Part shown: piece by piece, positions 28,701 to 34,700 of the stretch | Layout: each line of letters starts with the position of its first letter | Numbering within the stretch: position 1 is the first letter of the stretch | Assembly: GCA_019058365.1 (NCBI GenBank) | Contig: JAHPZE010000022.1 | Span: 8,750-72,749, forward strand | Direction: 5' to 3' | Length of the DNA stretch: 64,000 bases | Origin: Promethearchaeota archaeon | GTDB taxonomy: Archaea; Asgardarchaeota; Lokiarchaeia; Sigyniarchaeales; SOKP01 | Notes under the pieces: model-generated | Databases searched by the model: none | What the model was told of the DNA's origin: nothing | What the model saw: the letters and a program-made list of their open reading frames with translations, nothing else | Program-made: the position numbers and the translations under genes

Positions 28701-31700
28701 ATGCCCATATCTACAGGTGAAATAAACCCTCAATATGACGCAAAAGCAATTGTAACACCACCTGACAGCCTCAGAATCACTGGACGCATGGGCGATTCCA
28801 ATTTTACGTTCTTCGGTATTGAAGAAAAAGAACTAAACTGGTGGGATAAGTTTTGGATGAATGTATTTGAGGCTTTAGCTGGAGGTGGCGACGCAATGGC
28901 ACCAGGTTCTGGTATTAATTTCCCTGAATTTACTGATGCGGAGGAGGAAAACATTAGAGATATGCTAAGAGCTGCTTCACATGCCTATACAAATCTGGAC
29001 TACTTACTTATAACAAGCGAATTGCCATCATATAATATCATTGAATATTATGAGTTCGATCATGGAACGGAAGATTATCGCACTATTGCATATGATAATT
29101 ATAAAAGTAATACGTTAGGATTTTTAGAGCAAACCATGATTCCCGCTTCAAATGGAAAGTATAATGCAATAAGACCGATGTGTATTAATGGTCGCCCCGC
29201 ATACATGTATATTAACAGCAATGATGAGTTCAATCAGCGTATCCAACCACTTTCACCGTTATATCAACCCGTTGTCATTAGTAATGAGCGATATGGAGTG
29301 CTTTTTCCAGACGATACCATCCCAGACTCTACGATTTCAGTTGATATCCAAAGCGGATTGTTAAACGATTCCTATACTTCAGGTATTGACTCTAATAATC
29401 TTACAATTTATGAATATAAGCGAGGGTATAAAGCAAAAATTCCACTCTATAGCGATGAATTTAACTATCCAATTAGTTTGATCACGGTTGAAGTTATTAC
29501 TTCAGGTGTAAGTTCAGGTCTATTATCCAGTACTTATTTTGCCACCTATGTTTCGGAAATCGAGCTTACGTCCAGTCAATATACTCTCGAAGGAGGTAAT
29601 TTATACTTTTGCGAAACTTTTGATGAGATTATTCTTTCAGCTTTTAATTTTAAAGTATTGCAAGACGAGTTTCTAGAATTAACTCAGAATTGGGAGGAAG
29701 GGACCCTCTTTTATAAAGTTCATATCCACATTCCGCAAGTGATTGCAGATACATCTACGACCGCAGGAGTTATCGATACGATATCCAGTGATGCTGGCAG
29801 AAGTGCGTTAGCTCAGACCACTCAGTATTTAATTAGTGATTTCTTTAACGTATTCACCTTAGCAAAATCATTTGCCGAAGGTGAAGCACAAAAAGATTAT
29901 ACCGTACAAGTTACAGCAATTTCCACCCTGATATCTTCTTTAGCCCTTCTGCCCGTTGTTTTCGCCTCCGCTGGAGTATCGGGTTTTATTAAAGGTGCGG
30001 TTGGCAGGACTATAGGAACAACTGTAGCAAAATATGTTGCGTCGTTGCCAGTTCAGGTACTACAAGAAGTATATGAAGAGCTTTATATTGACTCATTTAT
30101 AGAAGAAACATTACAGCATTTGGGCGACTCTACCGGTATCTGGGGCGTTATTGTCACTTCATTACGGGAAGCTATACTCGGGCCAGCAGCCGAATTCCTA
30201 GGAAGCCTCAGAGGATCTTCAAACGTAGATGTAAATACCCAGATGACCGCTCAAGAAGTTCAATTACAACAAACAAGTAATATCTTACAATCATTTTTAT
30301 GGACTGGTCATCATGTTATGCAAGAGGCAACATTAGATAATGCCATCTCTTCGGACGTATCAACTGAAGCTCAATTATTAAGTAATAATATAAATAAGAT
30401 TCAAGCCCAACTTGCAGAACTGGGACTTACTCGACAGAAGAATAAAATAAAGGCAAAATCTATATTCGGCACGGAATTCATAATTCAAGGAATCTTCTCC
30501 CTTCCTGGACTCTTCTTTGGCGGGTTCAATTTAGGCGCGATGGGAACGCTTCTTGACCTGTCAATCGATTATATGTTTGATGTCCAATTATCTCGCCACA
30601 TGATCGACAATAAAATCCAAGCGGTAACTCAAACGAAGCACAGATTAGACCTTGAAGCAAAGTATTTAGGATTAGTACGCGATGCACAAACCGTTTCTAA
30701 TATCCCTCAAGTCAAGTTCGTACTTGCCATGGCACAAGGGATTGCCACCATCAACCCAAGCCAATACAGCGCCTCCGAATTCCAAACTCAAGTACAACTG
30801 CAAATAAATCAACTCGATGCATTCGGCACAATTATAAGGTCTGTGAAAGAGAAACAGCAAAAAATCAAAGAAAGGCAGAATCAATTGGAGGTTCTAGGTA
30901 GTTCTAAAGAAAATGTCGAGAGTATAGAGCAGAAATTTCAGAATAATCCTAATCCGATACAGCTACATCTCAATCTCGAATTTCTGCCTGGAATGATTGC
31001 GTTTGAGCCTCACAGGCAAGCTCTTCGCGTCTGGAGTGAGGAAAATCCAGAAGGCATCAACCTTAACCCCCCTTCCGATTTAACACTTCCCGAATTTGAG
31101 CTCTACATAAAGAATAAATTAGGATTAGATCGAAGCCAAGAAGTTTTTCTTGCGTTAACCCTAGTTGATGAGAGTACCAATGAGATAATCCAAATCAGAG
31201 TTGATGAGAAGATTGGTGATTTAGAGATTGACGATCAAACCACCATTGGTGAGATTTCCAATGCTATGAATGGATATAATTTATATATAATGCCTCTGAC
31301 TGCGGGCGCTTGGGGTGGTATTAATTATGATCCAAATTATATTGTACCTATTTATGATTGGTTGTTTGAACCCCCTTCTGTAAAGATTATAAGAGAAAAG
31401 ATGGGAACACTATTTGATTCTGAAATTATATCCAAATATTTTAGTGATCCTGTATTACAAGAGCAACTTATAAACATATATTACCAAGTTATCACCCCTA
31501 CAGCTAGAGCTTATTTGGATAAGATTTCTACAGGAACAGTAGGATCCGTTTTTGGAGCCAATTCTATATTTAGTGGGAAAAATTCGTTTGAATGGATTTC
31601 CAGAACTGCAGAATTTTATTATTTGTTACAGTTAGAAAATTCTCCTCAATATAAAAATATGAATCTAAAACTAAAGAATGCAAAAATTAAAGAATTCAAA

Positions 31701-34700
31701 GCATATATCAGTGAAATAATCGAATTTGTATTGAAGCCTCGATTCGAGAACACATTTGATGATGCTAATAAAGGCTTAGATTTTATTAAATCTTTATTAG
31801 AAGAGAGTGCCCGATATGCAATTATGGAAATGATTTTGTTACAAATTACAGATGGAGGTAAAACTAAATTAGAAGGATCTGAGTTAGCTTCCAAATTAGA
31901 AAACTTTTTAGCTAGTTATGACAAGAATAAGTTCATTAAAGAGTTTAATAAAAAAGGTACTAAATTTGTGCAACTCCGTTTCATGGAGAGCATGCTTACA
32001 GGTGAGTGGGATACACAGATGCGCTTTGATTACACTCCATATGAAATTGGCTGGTACCGTGAGACTTTTTCATTTATGTTCCTTATTAGTGATTCTCTTA
32101 TTAAATTGTTTTTTGATGATGAGTTTGACTTAATGGCGGGGTATGATAGTAGTGCAGATAAGCATACAAGAATTCAATTTTATCAGACAATTTCGTATAA
32201 TCCAAAATATGTTCACAAAGATTTTAAAGATTTTATTGATACCGATCTTGAAGCCGTTTATAAAAAGTTAAATAATGGGTTAGCTGAAACTTTTGGAAAT
32301 TTAAAGAAGCAGAATTTCAGAATCACTGACCTCTTCCAGATGTATATTAAGGGACTAGCATATATCAATTATGCCATCAAGAATTCTAGGACCTCTGATA
32401 ACGAACTAATGCTTAATAATATCGCAATGGATACTTTAAGCACTATTTTTGGTGCGTTCTTTAAAAAAATATCTGATAAAGGTACAGCAGCTGAGATTGA
32501 GAAACAAATAGAAGTATTAGTAGTTGCTAGTAAGGTTGGAGAGATTGCTCCTATTGGTAAGATTATTAATACTATAGTAGAGACGCATAAATTAAGTCAG
32601 CTCCATCAAGCGGGAAAAGAAGATGGTTTTTGGGTAGAGGGTGAAGGAACAGGTAAAGGTCCTGACCAAATGGAATTCTATATTACTATAGCAGATAAAA
32701 TAAATGAGAAGTTAAAATCAGAGTCTATTGATAGATCCGATATTAATAAAGTTGTAAAGAAAATTCAATCTTATTTAAAAGATGTGGATTTCAAAGATGA
32801 AATTAAAGATATAGCTAAAGATATTTTAGGAGCAGCCTATAAAGATATGGCGGTCAGTGAGATTTATAATATTGTTAATAAAGAGTTCATAGGGGGTAAT
32901 CTGAAGAGAATACTTAAACAAGATGATCAGGGTAACTATCAACTTGAGTGGGATATAACAATAAATGTATATAAACGTACTGATATTGATATTGACGAGG
33001 CAAAATTAGCGAATTCAGGACTTTTCTTTGTTATAAAAGATAGAAGTGGAAAATTAGCTAAGATGACTTATTCCCAAGTTAAGCAAATGTATCCTAAATT
33101 TGATTTTAAACAAGCATGGATAGCCGTAAAGGATAGGAATAGTGGCAATGGATTAATGTCAGCAACAGAGAAGATCAATGATTTACCAGATTCATTGGAG
33201 AATGATATTTCAGATAAGTTTGGGGATATTGAAGGAGTCTATATAACAGACCATAGTGGAAAACTCTTACTCGGAAGGATATTTCTTGACAAAGATTTCT
33301 ATGAATTTGCTGTTATGGAGGATGCAGAGATTTCTCAGCTCTTAAGAGAAAGTATAGAGCATATTAAGAATTATGATTTCCCCGGCGCTGATAGGATCAA
33401 TGAATTTTTCCATCTTACATATTTACGTTCGATTTCTTGGAAGACGGGAGGGAGAATTAGCTCAATTATTCAAGATGTTGATTCAGCAATCATCCCTACA
33501 GGACCTCATAAATCAATTTTTTCCATAGAGAGAGCAGCAGTTATTCTAGGGAAAGAACATGTGATACTCAATCCAGACCGAAATAAAATTACTGAATTGA
33601 AAGGGGAATTATCTGCATTATTGAATGTTATTAATCAACTAGGTGGACTGTATACTTCCCACGAATTATATAAAGAGAGTGAAATAACTCCTAAGATATT
33701 TCCAACTAAAGATTTTGCCAATTTACATTCAAAAGAGAAGATATTTGGAATTAATGAATTTAGAACAATGTTAGAAAAAGTGGTGCCAAAGCAAGGAGGG
33801 TGGCTGCACAATAAAGATCCTTCCAACCCGTTACTTTCAGATTATTGGTATGAACATCTTGCACGATTTTCTGAATATTCTTATAATAATAAGCTAACAA
33901 AGGAACAATTTTATAAGAATTGGCTTTTAATAATTCAGAATGATTTAGAGAGAGGCTCGCCTAGTGGTTATTTCAAGGGTTTTGAAGATTTAAAAGGGAA
34001 GACCTTTACAAGTAATTTTGAGGATAAAGTTAATGATGATTTAATCCATAAAATCGATGAAGCGGTAAGTAATGCCATCGGGTATCCTTACTACATCAGC
34101 CTCCTTTCGGGAATCCTTACCATATATCATCCATTAGGATCATTAGGCTCGGGACTAATAGAGATAGGATTTCTATTACATACAGACGAAAAACAAGCTG
34201 AACTTTTGAATGATTGGAATCTAAGGGCGCTTCAAAGTGGAAGCTATAAATCGGAGGGTAGAGCTTATTTGAAGGGTTATACAGAAAACAAAGGTATCTC
34301 ATACGATAAATCTGCTTTAGTATTTGCTTCACTATTTCTATACGGATTTTATCATCATATTTCCGATAGAAAATTATCATTTGAGCTTAGCCGCGATAAG
34401 AGCTCGATTTTATCACATTATTATAGTAGATTTTTGCCGCAGAAAATTACGGATTATAAGACTGCGCTTTTTAATTTTATTTCCACAGAATTCAAATCTT
34501 ATATGGATGCTGAATACATTGATAAGCGTAATACCATTGAGAGGGGTATAATTAAAGAGTTCTTTCTTAAGGCGCTAGATAAAGCTTTAGAGATCAAGTT
34601 TAAAAAAGAACCCTGTTCTATCTATAAGCAAGAGCGTATAACAAAATTGTATAGGACTTACTTAATCAATTTTATTGATGAACCATTTCATTCACTGAAG

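Noticed and set aside
2054-34551. Many 60-90 aa ORFs overlapping the giant ORF on either strand
   Set aside because: They are shadow ORFs of a long coding frame with no recognisable motifs.
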